From a virus (taxonomy: Duplodnaviria > Caudoviricetes): a DNA stretch of 64,000 bases. The notes under the pieces are model-generated. The model was not told where the DNA came from. It ran no database searches and worked only from the letters and a program-made list of their open reading frames with translations. Shown here one piece after another: positions 46,604 through 56,987 of the stretch; position 1 is the stretch's first letter; each line of letters starts with the position of its first letter. The stretch is from the IMG/VR virus record IMGVR_UViG_2825563536_000001, positions 28,136 through 92,135 of that record; one strand, 5' to 3'. The position numbers were made by a program, and so were the translations under genes.

Positions 46604-47463
46604 TTCGCGCCCCCGCACTTGCCGGCGCAGCACTGGCCGCACGTCTTGCGCAGCTCTGCGACGGCGTCGACGAGCGACAGGTCTTCGCCCTTCTCGTTCT
46701 TGCCGAGCTGCGCCCAGCCCTTCGCATCCGGGCCGCGCAGCTGCGTGAAAACGTCCACGAGCATTGCACGGTCAGCCTCGGTGAAAGCCATGTCGTCGTC
46801 CTCCTGGGGAGCGGGGATAGGTGCCGGGTTCAGCCCGAGCAGTTCGCGAACCTGGTTGGAATCCAGGCCGTTTGCGGCGTTCATGTCGCAGTTACCGAAC
46901 GGGGCCGCGCCCTCGGGCAGGCCGCCGCCGAAGCCCTGACCGTCGGTGTACTGGTGCGCGAACATGCCGGTCCGCACGTCGTCGAGGCCCGGACCGAAGC
47001 GGGGGAGCGCGCCGTACGACGGCACGACGTACCGCAGGCCCTCCGGGCGGGTGCGCCAGATGTGCGCGTCGTTCGGGTTCAGGTACGCGCAGACGCGGCG
47101 CTTGTCGCCGAACCAGTCGGCGAACGCCCAGTAGGCGCGATTGATGCCGTCGGACTGGTCGCCGCTGATCTGCCCGCCCCACGTCTCGATATCGAGCATC
47201 ACGGAGACACCGGCGCGCGGGGCGCCGAGCATGTCCTTGACGGTGTCGACGGTGGCCTGCCAGTTCGGCCGCCACACGAAGTACACGATCAGCGCCTTGA
47301 GTCGGCCGGAATCGAGAGCGCGGCAGGCCCAGTCGTAGTTCTTCCGCCAGTTCTTGTCGCGGTAGGTGCCGTCCGAGGCGCGGATGCAGAGGACGTCGTA
47401 CGGGTACGAGTCGTCCACCGGTCGCTGCCACTCCGAGACGTCAGCCCACAGTGTGTCGGCCAT
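46600..47463 (-). CDS. endolysin (GH25-like muramidase)
   Basis: ADVSEWQ, MLDIE, HQYTDG, CDMN; C-terminal QLRGP..GWAQLG...LVDAVA. Confidence 0.85.
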   Translation of the reverse strand: MADTLWADVSEWQRPVDDSYPYDVLCIRASDGTYRDKNWRKNYDWACRALDSGRLKALIVYFVWRPNWQATVDTVKDMLGAPRAGVSVMLDIETWGGQISGDQSDGINRAYWAFADWFGDKRRVCAYLNPNDAHIWRTRPEGLRYVVPSYGALPRFGPGLDDVRTGMFAHQYTDGQGFGGGLPEGAAPFGNCDMNAANGLDSNQVRELLGLNPAPIPAPQEDDDMAFTEADRAMLVDVFTQLRGPDAKGWAQLGKNEKGEDLSLVDAVAELRKTCGQCCAGKCGGAK

Positions 47464-47483
47464 GCGGCCTCCTATTCAGTTGT

Positions 47484-49151
47484 CTAGCTTGAGAGTTCAA
47501 TGTCCTGGCCGGTCCAGTTGTCGATCGACGCCGAGTTCACGAAGAACGACCGGCGCAGGCTGAACCCGGCGTAGCGGGCCGCGGTGCCGATCGGAACCGC
47601 GGCGTTCCCGGTGTCGACCCAGAAGCACACCTCCTGGCTGTTGACCAGGACCGAGTACCGTTCACCGGCCGCGATGAACTCGACCACGTCGCCCTTGCGG
47701 ATAACCCAGCCTGAGGACTTCCGCGACGTGCGGTCGCCGAGGCCCCGCGCGCTGCCGATCTCGACACCGCCGTCCCACCAGTTCGCGTAGGCGAAGCTCG
47801 AGAAGTCCGAGCGCGCCCGCAGGAGCACCGACGTGCCAACGTTCGTTGGGTCGGAGCCGGGTACGACGGTGACCTTCTGCTGGTCGGTGTTCAGCGGCTT
47901 CGTGTAGATCGCGCCGCGGTAGCCGTCCGAGTTGCCGCGAACCACTGCCGCGAAACCGTTCGTGCCCTGGTCGGCGCCGCGCGTGAGCCAGCCCGGACCG
48001 AACCCGGAACCGGTACTGCGGTTGAAGTTCTCGTCGTAGACGAACAGGGCGCTCGGGTCGTACTGCACCGACGGCTGACCGAGGCACGCCCACACCTGCC
48101 AGCCGAGGTCACCCTTCACCGCGTTCGGGTCGATCGTTTCGGGCAGGCCCGTCTGGCCGTCGATGTAGACGGTCGCCGCCGGCGGGAACGTGCCGGGCGG
48201 GGGAGTGATCGCCGGGGCCTTCGTTGCACCGAGTGCGGCCATCGTGCCGCCGACCTGCAGCAGTGCGACGTAGCAGTTCTCGCCGGTGTTGACGAGCGTG
48301 TCTGCGTTGCCGCCCTCAGGGTCGGGGTTCTGTGCGACGAGGCGCTGGTCGAACATCTGCGACCCGGTGCGCAGGTTGCCGCGCTGGTCGGTCTTCGGGA
48401 ACATCTGCACCCGCCTGAGCTGCCCGTCGATCAGCCGGTAGAAGCCCGCGTAGAAGGCGTTCATGCCCGCGGCGCGGGACACGAACCCGAGCGTGGAGTA
48501 GGGGCGGTCCTGCAGGGCTGTGACCGGGACGAGCAGCAGCCGCCCGGACGGCGGGGTGTACTCCGGCTGAGCGATGTCCATCGTGACCTTGTGGTCGTGG
48601 AAGTCGCCGCCCGTGCCAGAGTCGGTCTTGCCGGTCGTTGCCGTCGTGGGGATGAGGTTCGCGCGCGGGAACGACACGTCCTCGTACGGGTTCGGGGACA
48701 TCCAGTACGGCACCGCCGCGACCAGGCGCGTCTCGCTCTGCAGCGTCACGAAGTTCGCGCGGGCCGTCGCCGCCGTCGTCACCGCTTCCTTCGCGGTGTT
48801 CTGTGCGGTCTGCGCCTTGCCGTCGGCGCCGATCGCCTGCTGCATCGCCGCGTCGGCCCGCTCGCGCAGCGCCTTCGACCAACTCTGCAGGCCGATGAAC
48901 CCGTTCGTGGCGCCGGTGATCGCATCGCACAGGTCCGCGAGGAAGTTGTTGAACATCGCCGACAGGAACGCGCCGATGTTGACCTGCGTGCCGCCGAGCT
49001 GCCCGATCACCTGCTGCTTCTGCCGGTTCTTCCACGCCGTCTCGGTGAGCTGCTGCAGCCCCGCGATACCGCCGGCGCCGCCACTCGTTCCTGGTGGCGC
49101 CCAGGTGTCTTCACCATTGACGCCGCCGATAGTGCTGGAATTGCCGCTCAC
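47484..49151 (-). CDS. minor tail protein
   Basis: position; C-terminal YDENFNR...DNW lectin-like domain. Confidence 0.75.
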   Translation of the reverse strand: MSGNSSTIGGVNGEDTWAPPGTSGGAGGIAGLQQLTETAWKNRQKQQVIGQLGGTQVNIGAFLSAMFNNFLADLCDAITGATNGFIGLQSWSKALRERADAAMQQAIGADGKAQTAQNTAKEAVTTAATARANFVTLQSETRLVAAVPYWMSPNPYEDVSFPRANLIPTTATTGKTDSGTGGDFHDHKVTMDIAQPEYTPPSGRLLLVPVTALQDRPYSTLGFVSRAAGMNAFYAGFYRLIDGQLRRVQMFPKTDQRGNLRTGSQMFDQRLVAQNPDPEGGNADTLVNTGENCYVALLQVGGTMAALGATKAPAITPPPGTFPPAATVYIDGQTGLPETIDPNAVKGDLGWQVWACLGQPSVQYDPSALFVYDENFNRSTGSGFGPGWLTRGADQGTNGFAAVVRGNSDGYRGAIYTKPLNTDQQKVTVVPGSDPTNVGTSVLLRARSDFSSFAYANWWDGGVEIGSARGLGDRTSRKSSGWVIRKGDVVEFIAAGERYSVLVNSQEVCFWVDTGNAAVPIGTAARYAGFSLRRSFFVNSASIDNWTGQDIELSS

Positions 49152-49603
49152 GCTGCCTCCTCCGGGAGTCGCAGGACCACACGCTTCGCCACCACCGACG
49201 GCGGCGGCTCGGGCGGCGCGTCGGACGGGGGAGCGGGCGCAACGTTCACCAGCTCCCCCGACTCGACGAGCTGCCGGGCCAGCTCGGCCCGGACCACCGG
49301 CGACATCTGAGTGACGATCGGCTGTTCCGGCGGCGTGATCACCTCAGACTCCGTCGGCACCCAGTCGCCGGGATTCAGCCAGTGCTGACCCCCCTCGAGG
49401 CCCGGCTGGTACTGCAGCGTCTGCTCGTCGTGGTGGTGCCGGAACCCGAGATTCCACAGGTGCTCGGACCAGAGTTCGAGCATCGGCGTCGGGAAGGGCA
49501 GCGACGCGCTGCGGCCCTTCGGCCCCGGCAGGTCGCGCAGCGCCCACACGAACGCCTTGCGCGGATCGCTGCCGTCGCATTCGTGCTGCAGGGGGACCGT
49601 CAC
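49148..49603 (-). CDS. DUF2744-like minor tail protein
   Basis: PLQHECD...FVWAL...WSEHLWNLGFRH...NPGDWVP. Confidence 0.8.
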   Translation of the reverse strand: MTVPLQHECDGSDPRKAFVWALRDLPGPKGRSASLPFPTPMLELWSEHLWNLGFRHHHDEQTLQYQPGLEGGQHWLNPGDWVPTESEVITPPEQPIVTQMSPVVRAELARQLVESGELVNVAPAPPSDAPPEPPPSVVAKRVVLRLPEEAA

Positions 49604-49633
49604 TGGAAACTCCTAGAGGGGAACGGGTGTGGA

Positions 49634-51298
49634 TCAGAGGACGCCCATGTCGTGCGCGGTGGACATGAGCTTCTGGACGTACGACAGCGCGCGGACGGCG
49701 CCGTCCTCCATGTCTCGGGTCGAGCCGATCGTGATCGACCACGTCGCCGGGACGCCGCGCTTCCACGACAGGTCGAGCTGCGTAACCTGGTCGACGTAGA
49801 TCGCGCCGTCGTCCATCCCGGCGACGGTCGAGCCGACCCTGTCGCCGAGGAAGAAATGGCCCTGGCCGTTCTCTCCGACGAGATACGGTGCGCCGTCGGA
49901 CACTTCGAGCTTGTGCGTGAAGTAACTTCGTGTCGCCCACAGGCCCGCGCGCAGCGCGACGAGCGACGACAGCGTGTAGGCCCGGTCACCGCCGGACTGG
50001 AAATACTCGAAGTAGTGCGACCAGCCGAGCCGCGCCTTCCGCGAGTCGGACATGTAGCTCATCCAGGCGGCGACGGTGTCGGTGTAGAGCGGCTCGAGCA
50101 CCGCGTCCGCGACCGAGCCGAGACCCGACTGGGTGAAGATCGTGCCAATCAGGTTGCCCGCCATGATGACCGACGCCTTGATCGCCTGATTCACGCCCGG
50201 AGCCGAGTGCCCACCGGTGTTGATCTGCACCGCGGTCGCGGGGTTGATCGTGAACTCCGACGTGCGGATGCCGGTGCACACGCCCTCGCGGAACACCACC
50301 CACGGCTGCGTCGGCGTCGTACCGAGCCAGCCCTTCTCGAAATACTTCGGGTCCGCGGTCGGGTCGATGATGTCCTGCGTCGACTCGTAGAAGTCGCCGA
50401 AGAACCGGCCCACCGAACGGACCAGGCCCGTTGCGATGTTGCCGCCGGTCGACGTGCCGGTGTAGTACCCGGACTTATCGACGACGTCGACGACGAGCGC
50501 GCCGTGCCGCAGGTTCGCACCCTTCCACGGCGGCGGATCGCCGCGCAGGTACCGGCGCGTTTCGACCATCAGCTGCGCGTCGTCGAGGGTGTCGGCCGCC
50601 ATGTCGTGCCAGTTCTTGAACCGGGACGAGATCAGGCCCCACTGCGAGCCGTCCTCCCAGAACGAACCCGGCTTGACGACCACCGACCAGTTCGCCTGCG
50701 ACAGACCGGCCCACGACGCGAGGTTGAGCGGATCGTCCGGCAGGTGCCAGCCGAGCAGCGTTTCGCGGCGAAGAATCTGCAGGTGGAGGCTCAGCTTGAG
50801 AATCCAGGCAGCAGGCCCGGCCAGCGTGAACACCCGCGGCACCTGCAGCGCGGCCGGAAGGAACGGGTTGCACCACGCCTGGAAATACTTGAGTTCCTCG
50901 TACGAGTGCATGAACGTGACGACGACCGTCAGCTGCCCGGTCGCCGACTTCTTGATCGTCGCCGACCGCATCCGGCCGTCCCACCGGCTACCGTCCTTGT
51001 CGACGGTGACGTGCACGTTCTCGGTGGATCGCTTCTGCGGGTTCATCACCCACTTCGCGAGGTAGTAGTCCGCCGGCAGTTCGAGCGTTCCGGTGGACGA
51101 CTCGTTCATCACGCGCTTGAAGTCGCCCGACAGCTCGGCGCCGCAGCGGCCACGCAGGTTCCAGTCGCCGTCCCACAGCCGCACCAGCGGACGTTCGAGC
51201 CGCTTCTCGCGCCGCTCCCGGCGCTTGCGGATCGCGTCCTGGTAGATGCGTTCGAGGTCCGCTACCGACGTCGGTGCGACGTCCGGGATCGCCGTCAT
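49634..51298 (-). CDS. minor tail (hub) protein
   Basis: PLVRLWDGDW, WCNPFLP, GHFFLGDRVG typical of actinophage minor tails. Confidence 0.85.
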   Translation of the reverse strand: MTAIPDVAPTSVADLERIYQDAIRKRRERREKRLERPLVRLWDGDWNLRGRCGAELSGDFKRVMNESSTGTLELPADYYLAKWVMNPQKRSTENVHVTVDKDGSRWDGRMRSATIKKSATGQLTVVVTFMHSYEELKYFQAWCNPFLPAALQVPRVFTLAGPAAWILKLSLHLQILRRETLLGWHLPDDPLNLASWAGLSQANWSVVVKPGSFWEDGSQWGLISSRFKNWHDMAADTLDDAQLMVETRRYLRGDPPPWKGANLRHGALVVDVVDKSGYYTGTSTGGNIATGLVRSVGRFFGDFYESTQDIIDPTADPKYFEKGWLGTTPTQPWVVFREGVCTGIRTSEFTINPATAVQINTGGHSAPGVNQAIKASVIMAGNLIGTIFTQSGLGSVADAVLEPLYTDTVAAWMSYMSDSRKARLGWSHYFEYFQSGGDRAYTLSSLVALRAGLWATRSYFTHKLEVSDGAPYLVGENGQGHFFLGDRVGSTVAGMDDGAIYVDQVTQLDLSWKRGVPATWSITIGSTRDMEDGAVRALSYVQKLMSTAHDMGVL

Positions 51299-52179
51299 TC
51301 CAGACCCCACGGCCGCGACCAGTTGCGCCGCGAACGAACCATCACCGCGGCGCCCGCCGGCGCACCGGTCACAGCGACCGGGATGCGCGTCGGCGGCGTG
51401 TACGGCGGCACCGCGTACTGGAAGAACTGCCCGTCCATCCGCGCCCACACGAGCGAGTCGTCGGCGGCGACGATCATCTCTTCCATCGGGTCGGTGTCGA
51501 CCGTGACGTCCTGCCCGACAATGAGAGTCGGCAGCTTGATCGCCCCGTACCGCTCATCCTCGGGATCGTCCGGGTTCCACGAGTGATCGGGCAGCGTCCA
51601 GCGGCCCGGCGCCGTCGCGACCCACTGCAGCCACATCGGGCGGTCCGTCGGGTTGCTGACGACCACCGAGCCGATCTGCAGGGTGCCGTCGGCCGTCGAC
51701 ACCGGCGACTTCCATGTGTCGACGACGTCGTCCTCGACCCACCACGGCACGCCGGCCGTGCAGATCATCGTGACCTTGCCCGAACGCCGCAGGTGCGGGT
51801 CCACGTCCGGCTTGAACTCGGGCTGCTGCGTCAGCCGCAGCTTGAGCCGGCGCGTGCCGTACGACGTCGTGATCGAGAGGGTGGAGTCCTCTTCGTACGA
51901 CCACGCCTTGCGCCACGCCGAATCGACGTCCTGCCAGGAGAACTGCTGCGTCTCGAAGATGTTCACCGCGAACGTGACATCGCGCTTGAGCCAGTTCGCG
52001 ACGCCCGGACGGGCGCCGTACTCGAACGCCGACGAACTCCACGACACCTGCACGGGCGCGTCGTAGATACCCGCCGGTGCGGTCGCGAACTCGACGCCCC
52101 CTGACCCCATACCGGGGCCAGAGAGCGTCCAGTGCGAACCGTCCACACCATCGAGTTCGATGAGGGCGGCTTCTGCCAT
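51295..52179 (-). CDS. distal tail protein
   Basis: IELDGVDGSHWTL, NPTDRPMWLQW, VPPYT, WSRPWG; directly after tape measure. Confidence 0.85.
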   Translation of the reverse strand: MAEAALIELDGVDGSHWTLSGPGMGSGGVEFATAPAGIYDAPVQVSWSSSAFEYGARPGVANWLKRDVTFAVNIFETQQFSWQDVDSAWRKAWSYEEDSTLSITTSYGTRRLKLRLTQQPEFKPDVDPHLRRSGKVTMICTAGVPWWVEDDVVDTWKSPVSTADGTLQIGSVVVSNPTDRPMWLQWVATAPGRWTLPDHSWNPDDPEDERYGAIKLPTLIVGQDVTVDTDPMEEMIVAADDSLVWARMDGQFFQYAVPPYTPPTRIPVAVTGAPAGAAVMVRSRRNWSRPWGLE

Positions 52180-52200
52180 ATTCAGTTGTCTCCGTTCGGA

Positions 52201-55200
52201 TTACCGCCAGCGGCCGGTGTAGGCGAGACCGCGAGCGGTCTCCCAGGACTTCGCCCGCTGGAATGCGTCGTCGAGGTCCGGCGTCGAGATGTGCACCTGC
52301 ATCGAGTTGTCGACCCGCGTCGACGAGCTGCCCCCAGCGCCCGACATCGGCGCACGGAGCGCCGCCTGCGGGGTGAACAGGCTGTCGAGCACGTTGGCGT
52401 CGCGGTTCATCGCCTCGAGGAGCGGACGGTTGGCGTCGGCCGACTTCGCGTTCACGACGAACTCGCGGTCCGACAGCCACGCCGGAATGGAGTCCGACGT
52501 CGTCGTGCCCGGACCCCACACCGAGCCGCCCGTCGCGTAGCCCGCGCGGGTCGGCCAGATGTTCGCCAGCGAGCCGTACCGGTCGATCGCGTAGTTGATG
52601 CCCGCGAACAGGTTGTTCGCCGGATCGGTCTGCGAGTCGAGCAGGTTCGGCGACTTGTACGCGTTGTACGTGCCGCCGATCACCTGCAGCAGGCCCTTCG
52701 ACGGATCACCGTTGACCGCGTTGATGTCCCAGTTGTTCACCGCCTCCGGGTCACCCCCGGACTCGATGTCCACCTGATCGACCGTGCGGTCGGTGTCCGC
52801 GCGGGACCAGCCGCCGAAGTCGAGCACCGCCTCGATCACGCCACGCCACTGCTCGGCGCCGTCGCCCGGCACGTACTGGTGCACGAACGGGTTCTCCTGG
52901 AACGAAGAAACACCGGCGTCGAAGTTGGTCGTGGACGGAACCGACTGGTTCAGGGCCGCGTCCGCCGCCTGCTGCCGTGCGAGCGCATCGGCCTGCGCCT
53001 GCTCTGCAGCGGCTACAGCCTGCGCCTCACGCTCGCGCTTGCCGGCGGCGAGCATCTGCCCCGCCTTCATCAGCGGGGGCAGCTCGTCGGGCATACCGAA
53101 CACGCCGAGCGCGTCCGAGACGTACCCGGTCGCCGCGTCCGTCGCCGCAAGCTTCGCGACGTCGGACCACGACTTCGGGTCGTCGTTGTCGCCCGCCGGC
53201 GCGACCGCCTGATTGGCGAGCGCGTCGGTCGTGGCGTCGAGGCCCGAACCGCCCGCGGCAGCCGGGTCGTCGACCAGGCCGCCCTGCGCGAACGCAGTCG
53301 GGTTGACGTAATCGAGGCCGAGTTCCGGGACACCGTTCGGCAGCAGATCGCGGAACTGCTGGTCGAAGCCGGTCGGCAGCGTCGGCACGTCAGCCGTGCC
53401 CAGGTGCTCCTTCACGGCGTCGCCTGCAGCGGTACCCGCAGCCTTGCCCGCGAGGGCCGACCACGACGTCGGGTCCGACTCCTGCGCGGCAGCCGGGGCG
53501 ATCGCCTGATTGGCGAGCGCGTCCGTCTTCGAGTTCAGCCCCGACGGCGAGTCGCCCCAGTCGGGGGAGTCGAAGCTCGCCACCTCGCCGCCGCCGCCGT
53601 CGTCCGCGCTGTACGCCGGAACGAAGACGGCCGGGTCGATGTGACCGCGCGTCGTGAACTGCGGCGCAAACGGCGAATCAGCGGCCGGGCCGATCAGTGC
53701 ACCGACACCGCCGCGGGACTCGATGTTCACGCCCATGACGGACGCGACCATGTGGCCCTCGTTGGCGCCGATGATGATCGCCTCTTCGCCGGTCGTGCCG
53801 GGCACGAAGCCGGGCCACGAACCGTCGAGGACGTTGTACGTCGTGCCGAGGCGGGCAGTCGGGTTCGCGACACCCATCGCGACCTGTTGCACCAGGCCCA
53901 CCCAGCCCGAGCAGTCGGCGCCGTCGACACTCGTACCGCCCCACACGTACGGGAAGTTCGAGTGTTCGTGCGCGAACTCGAGCGCATTGACCGGGCCACC
54001 CGTCGCGAACTTCGGGAGGGTGTCGTTGTTGATCGCGTCGATCAGCGGGCCGTGCTTCGCGACCGCAGCCGCGTTGATCACGTACTCGCCGTTCGACAGC
54101 CACGCCGGGATCACGTCATCGGTCGGGCCACCGGGGCCGACGATCGGGCCGCCGGACGCCTTCTTGTTGGCGTCAGCCCAGGCCACGAGGTTGTCACCCA
54201 GGTTGCGGATCGTGCCCGCAGCCGGCACCCACTGGACCTTCTGCATCATCTTGCCGATCGCGCCGACAGCGGTCGCGATCGTGTTGACGATGTTCTTCCA
54301 AACGTCCTTCACGCCGTCGGCCAGGCCGGTGAAGAAGCCCTTCATGCCGTCGATGAAGCCGCCGATCCGCTCCTTCGCTCCACGGATGAACTCGGCTGCA
54401 GCATCGAACTTCTCGCCGACCGTGTTCGCCCATTCGCGAATGACGTCGATCAGCGGCGGCATGACGTACTTCGCCAGGAACTCGATCGCCGTCGTCAGCG
54501 GCGGCAGCACCGTCTCGATGATCGCCATGAACAGGTTGATCAGCGGCGGCAGCAGCGCCATAGAGATTTCCAGGAGCTGCGGCAGCAGCGGCGCAATCGC
54601 CAGGACGATACGGCTGAACGAATCGAACAGGACCGGCAGCAGCGGGGCGAGCTGCTGCATCGCGCCAGCGAGTGCCGTGCCGACCTGCATCGCAACGTCG
54701 GCCAGGATCGGCTTGAGCTGCTCGAGGACCGGCTTGAACGCCTCCGTCATGGACGCGATCACCGGCGAAAGCGCCTGGGCGATAACGGTAATCGCGGGCG
54801 CGAGAGCCTCGACGAACGTCGCGATCAGCTCTGCGATCAGCGGCAGGATCGGGGCCAGCGCCGAGACGATCGACGCGAACGCCTCAGACAGCGGACCCAT
54901 CGCGGGCTGCAGGGCCTGCAGCGCCTGGATCAGGGCGGTACCGACGACCTGTGCGACCGTCGACAGCGACGGCAGGATCGGCGTGAGCGCCTGCACCAGC
55001 GCGCCGAACAGGCCGGCAACCACCGGCAGGACCGGGGCGAGGTTGTCCGAGAGCGCCGTGATGAAGGTGCCGAGGTACGGCATCATCGTCGCGAGGCTGT
55101 CGGCGAACACCGCGCCGACCTGCCCGAGGGACGGGCCGATCTGAGCGAACAGGCCACCGATGGACCCGGCGAGGTTGCCGAGCGAGGGCATCACTTCGGC

Positions 55201-56952
55201 GCCCATCGACGTAAGGCCCTCGACGAGACCGTTCACCAGCGGCGACAGCCCGGTCATGGCCTCCGACATGCCGTCGACGAACTGCTGCATGGTGCCGTTC
55301 TCGACGAGACCCGTCAGGGTGCCGTCGAGGTCGGACAGCGTCTGCTTGAGGCCGGTGTTGATACCGGTCGCAACCTGCGACAGACCGTCCTTGAGGCCGG
55401 GGAGCTGGTTGTTCGCGAGCGTGGTGACCGAATCGCCCAGGCCCGCAAACATGTTCTCCTGCACCGCGAGGCGCAGGTCGGTCCATGCGGGGCCGAGCGC
55501 GACCATCTGCTCGAAGAAGTCACGCGCCGCGGGGGACAGCTTCTCGAGCGCCTTCGCGAGTTCGTCCTGCGAGCCGCCGGCGGTGGCGCCCGCCTGCGCG
55601 AGCTGGAACTCCGCGGCAGCGACAGCCGACGTCGCCTGCGCGACCTGGTGCTCGGCGTCCACCACGCCCGCGTTGGCGTCCGCGACGCCCTGCTTGGCCT
55701 GCTGAACCTTGTCCGAACCCTCGACGCCCTTCGTGTTCGCGACGGCGGTGTCGGTGCGCAGGTCGGCCGTCTTCGTCTTCGACTGCTCGTAGCGCGACTG
55801 GGCCTGGCGCAGCGCGAGGTCGGCTTCCTGCCGGTCGATCGCCGACGCCTTCGGGTCGGCCTTCACCTGCGCGAGACGCTGGCGGGCGCGAGCGACCGCG
55901 ATAGCGGCGCCTTCCTGCGACAGCTCGGCGTCGTTCAGCTGAGCGTTCATGTCGCGCAGCTCGCGGCCCGCGTCGCGGTAGGCGTCGTTCAGGGCCTGCT
56001 GCGCCGACTGGGCCTGTCGCTGCGCGTCACCGACGCCGTCCTCAGCCTTCGCGAGGTTGTACTTCGCGTCAGCCAGGGCTTCGGTCGCGGCGCGCTGCTG
56101 CTCGGCTGCCTGCGCGGCCTGCTCGCCGCCGTCGGCCGTGACAGCCTTCTGCGCGGTGAACACGTCGCCCATGCCCTGCGCGCCGATGAATCCGACGGCG
56201 CCGATGCCTGCGAGGCCCGCAGCGGCACCGCCTGCCGCACCGGCGAGGCCGACGACCGCGGCCGACAGCGCCGCGACACCGGCGAGCACGCTGGTGAACT
56301 TGACGCCATTGATGCCGCCGAGCTTCTGCTGGGCCTGGCCGGTGCCCTTGACGTCGACGTCGATAGTCGACGTGCGGTCGCGGGCTAGGTGATTGAGCTG
56401 CTGCTCGGCGCCGGCAATGTCGGTCAGCTCGACGCGGACCGGGATGTGGTAGTCCCTCGCGGTCGCGATCGCAGTCAGCCGGGCCTGGAAGTCCGGTCCG
56501 AAATCCGGATTGATCTGGATGTCGGCCTTGAGGTCTCGCGCCTGCGCCATCGAGTTGACGCGCTGCGTGAACTCGTCGAAATCCGGGTTGATGCGGATGT
56601 CGGCGTTCAGGTCCTTCGTCGCCGCGATCGCATTGACGCGCTGCTGAAACTCGGTGAAGTCCGGGTTGACCCGGATGTCGACGTTCAGGTCCTTCGAGGC
56701 TGCGATCGCGTTGGTGCGCTGCTGGAACTCGTCGAAGTCGGGATTGACCTTGATGTCGACGTGGAAGTTCCCGGCCTTGAGCCGATCGCGCACGTCCTGC
56801 GCGAACCCGTCCATGTCGATGTCGGGGGAGACCGTGAACGTCGCGTGCTCGGCGGCGAGCTTCGCCTCGAGCTGTGCGCGAAAGTCCTTCGCCAGCTCAG
56901 GCTCCACAGTGAGGTACGCAGTACCGGCGTCAAACGACGAGTAGTCGGCCAC
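52201..56952 (-). CDS. tape measure protein with NlpC/P60-like and lytic transglycosylase motifs
   Basis: 1583 aa; AGTAYLTVEP start; amphipathic repeats; YVWGG..DCSG; ESGGDP..NNWDINA..SKGLLQ. Confidence 0.93.
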   Translation of the reverse strand: MADYSSFDAGTAYLTVEPELAKDFRAQLEAKLAAEHATFTVSPDIDMDGFAQDVRDRLKAGNFHVDIKVNPDFDEFQQRTNAIAASKDLNVDIRVNPDFTEFQQRVNAIAATKDLNADIRINPDFDEFTQRVNSMAQARDLKADIQINPDFGPDFQARLTAIATARDYHIPVRVELTDIAGAEQQLNHLARDRTSTIDVDVKGTGQAQQKLGGINGVKFTSVLAGVAALSAAVVGLAGAAGGAAAGLAGIGAVGFIGAQGMGDVFTAQKAVTADGGEQAAQAAEQQRAATEALADAKYNLAKAEDGVGDAQRQAQSAQQALNDAYRDAGRELRDMNAQLNDAELSQEGAAIAVARARQRLAQVKADPKASAIDRQEADLALRQAQSRYEQSKTKTADLRTDTAVANTKGVEGSDKVQQAKQGVADANAGVVDAEHQVAQATSAVAAAEFQLAQAGATAGGSQDELAKALEKLSPAARDFFEQMVALGPAWTDLRLAVQENMFAGLGDSVTTLANNQLPGLKDGLSQVATGINTGLKQTLSDLDGTLTGLVENGTMQQFVDGMSEAMTGLSPLVNGLVEGLTSMGAEVMPSLGNLAGSIGGLFAQIGPSLGQVGAVFADSLATMMPYLGTFITALSDNLAPVLPVVAGLFGALVQALTPILPSLSTVAQVVGTALIQALQALQPAMGPLSEAFASIVSALAPILPLIAELIATFVEALAPAITVIAQALSPVIASMTEAFKPVLEQLKPILADVAMQVGTALAGAMQQLAPLLPVLFDSFSRIVLAIAPLLPQLLEISMALLPPLINLFMAIIETVLPPLTTAIEFLAKYVMPPLIDVIREWANTVGEKFDAAAEFIRGAKERIGGFIDGMKGFFTGLADGVKDVWKNIVNTIATAVGAIGKMMQKVQWVPAAGTIRNLGDNLVAWADANKKASGGPIVGPGGPTDDVIPAWLSNGEYVINAAAVAKHGPLIDAINNDTLPKFATGGPVNALEFAHEHSNFPYVWGGTSVDGADCSGWVGLVQQVAMGVANPTARLGTTYNVLDGSWPGFVPGTTGEEAIIIGANEGHMVASVMGVNIESRGGVGALIGPAADSPFAPQFTTRGHIDPAVFVPAYSADDGGGGEVASFDSPDWGDSPSGLNSKTDALANQAIAPAAAQESDPTSWSALAGKAAGTAAGDAVKEHLGTADVPTLPTGFDQQFRDLLPNGVPELGLDYVNPTAFAQGGLVDDPAAAGGSGLDATTDALANQAVAPAGDNDDPKSWSDVAKLAATDAATGYVSDALGVFGMPDELPPLMKAGQMLAAGKREREAQAVAAAEQAQADALARQQAADAALNQSVPSTTNFDAGVSSFQENPFVHQYVPGDGAEQWRGVIEAVLDFGGWSRADTDRTVDQVDIESGGDPEAVNNWDINAVNGDPSKGLLQVIGGTYNAYKSPNLLDSQTDPANNLFAGINYAIDRYGSLANIWPTRAGYATGGSVWGPGTTTSDSIPAWLSDREFVVNAKSADANRPLLEAMNRDANVLDSLFTPQAALRAPMSGAGGSSSTRVDNSMQVHISTPDLDDAFQRAKSWETARGLAYTGRWR
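56460..56790 (-). repeat. about 66-bp tandem repeats in tape-measure N-terminus
   Basis: 4-5 copies of DI(K/R/Q)(V/I)NPDF.EFQQR.NAIA..KDL. Confidence 0.8.
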
Positions 56953-56987
56953 AAGGCCCCCTGTATTCAGTTGTTATGCAATAGCTT

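Noticed and set aside
43314-49151. Diversity-generating retroelement acting on tail lectin domains
   Set aside because: No reverse transcriptase and no TR/VR pair differing at adenines was seen
52132-56388. 1418-aa plus-strand ORF (and similar long ORFs 1028..2971 -, 8867..10783 +, 49382..51586 +, 45718..47487 +)
   Set aside because: Antisense shadows of real genes caused by high GC3; no recognisable motifs
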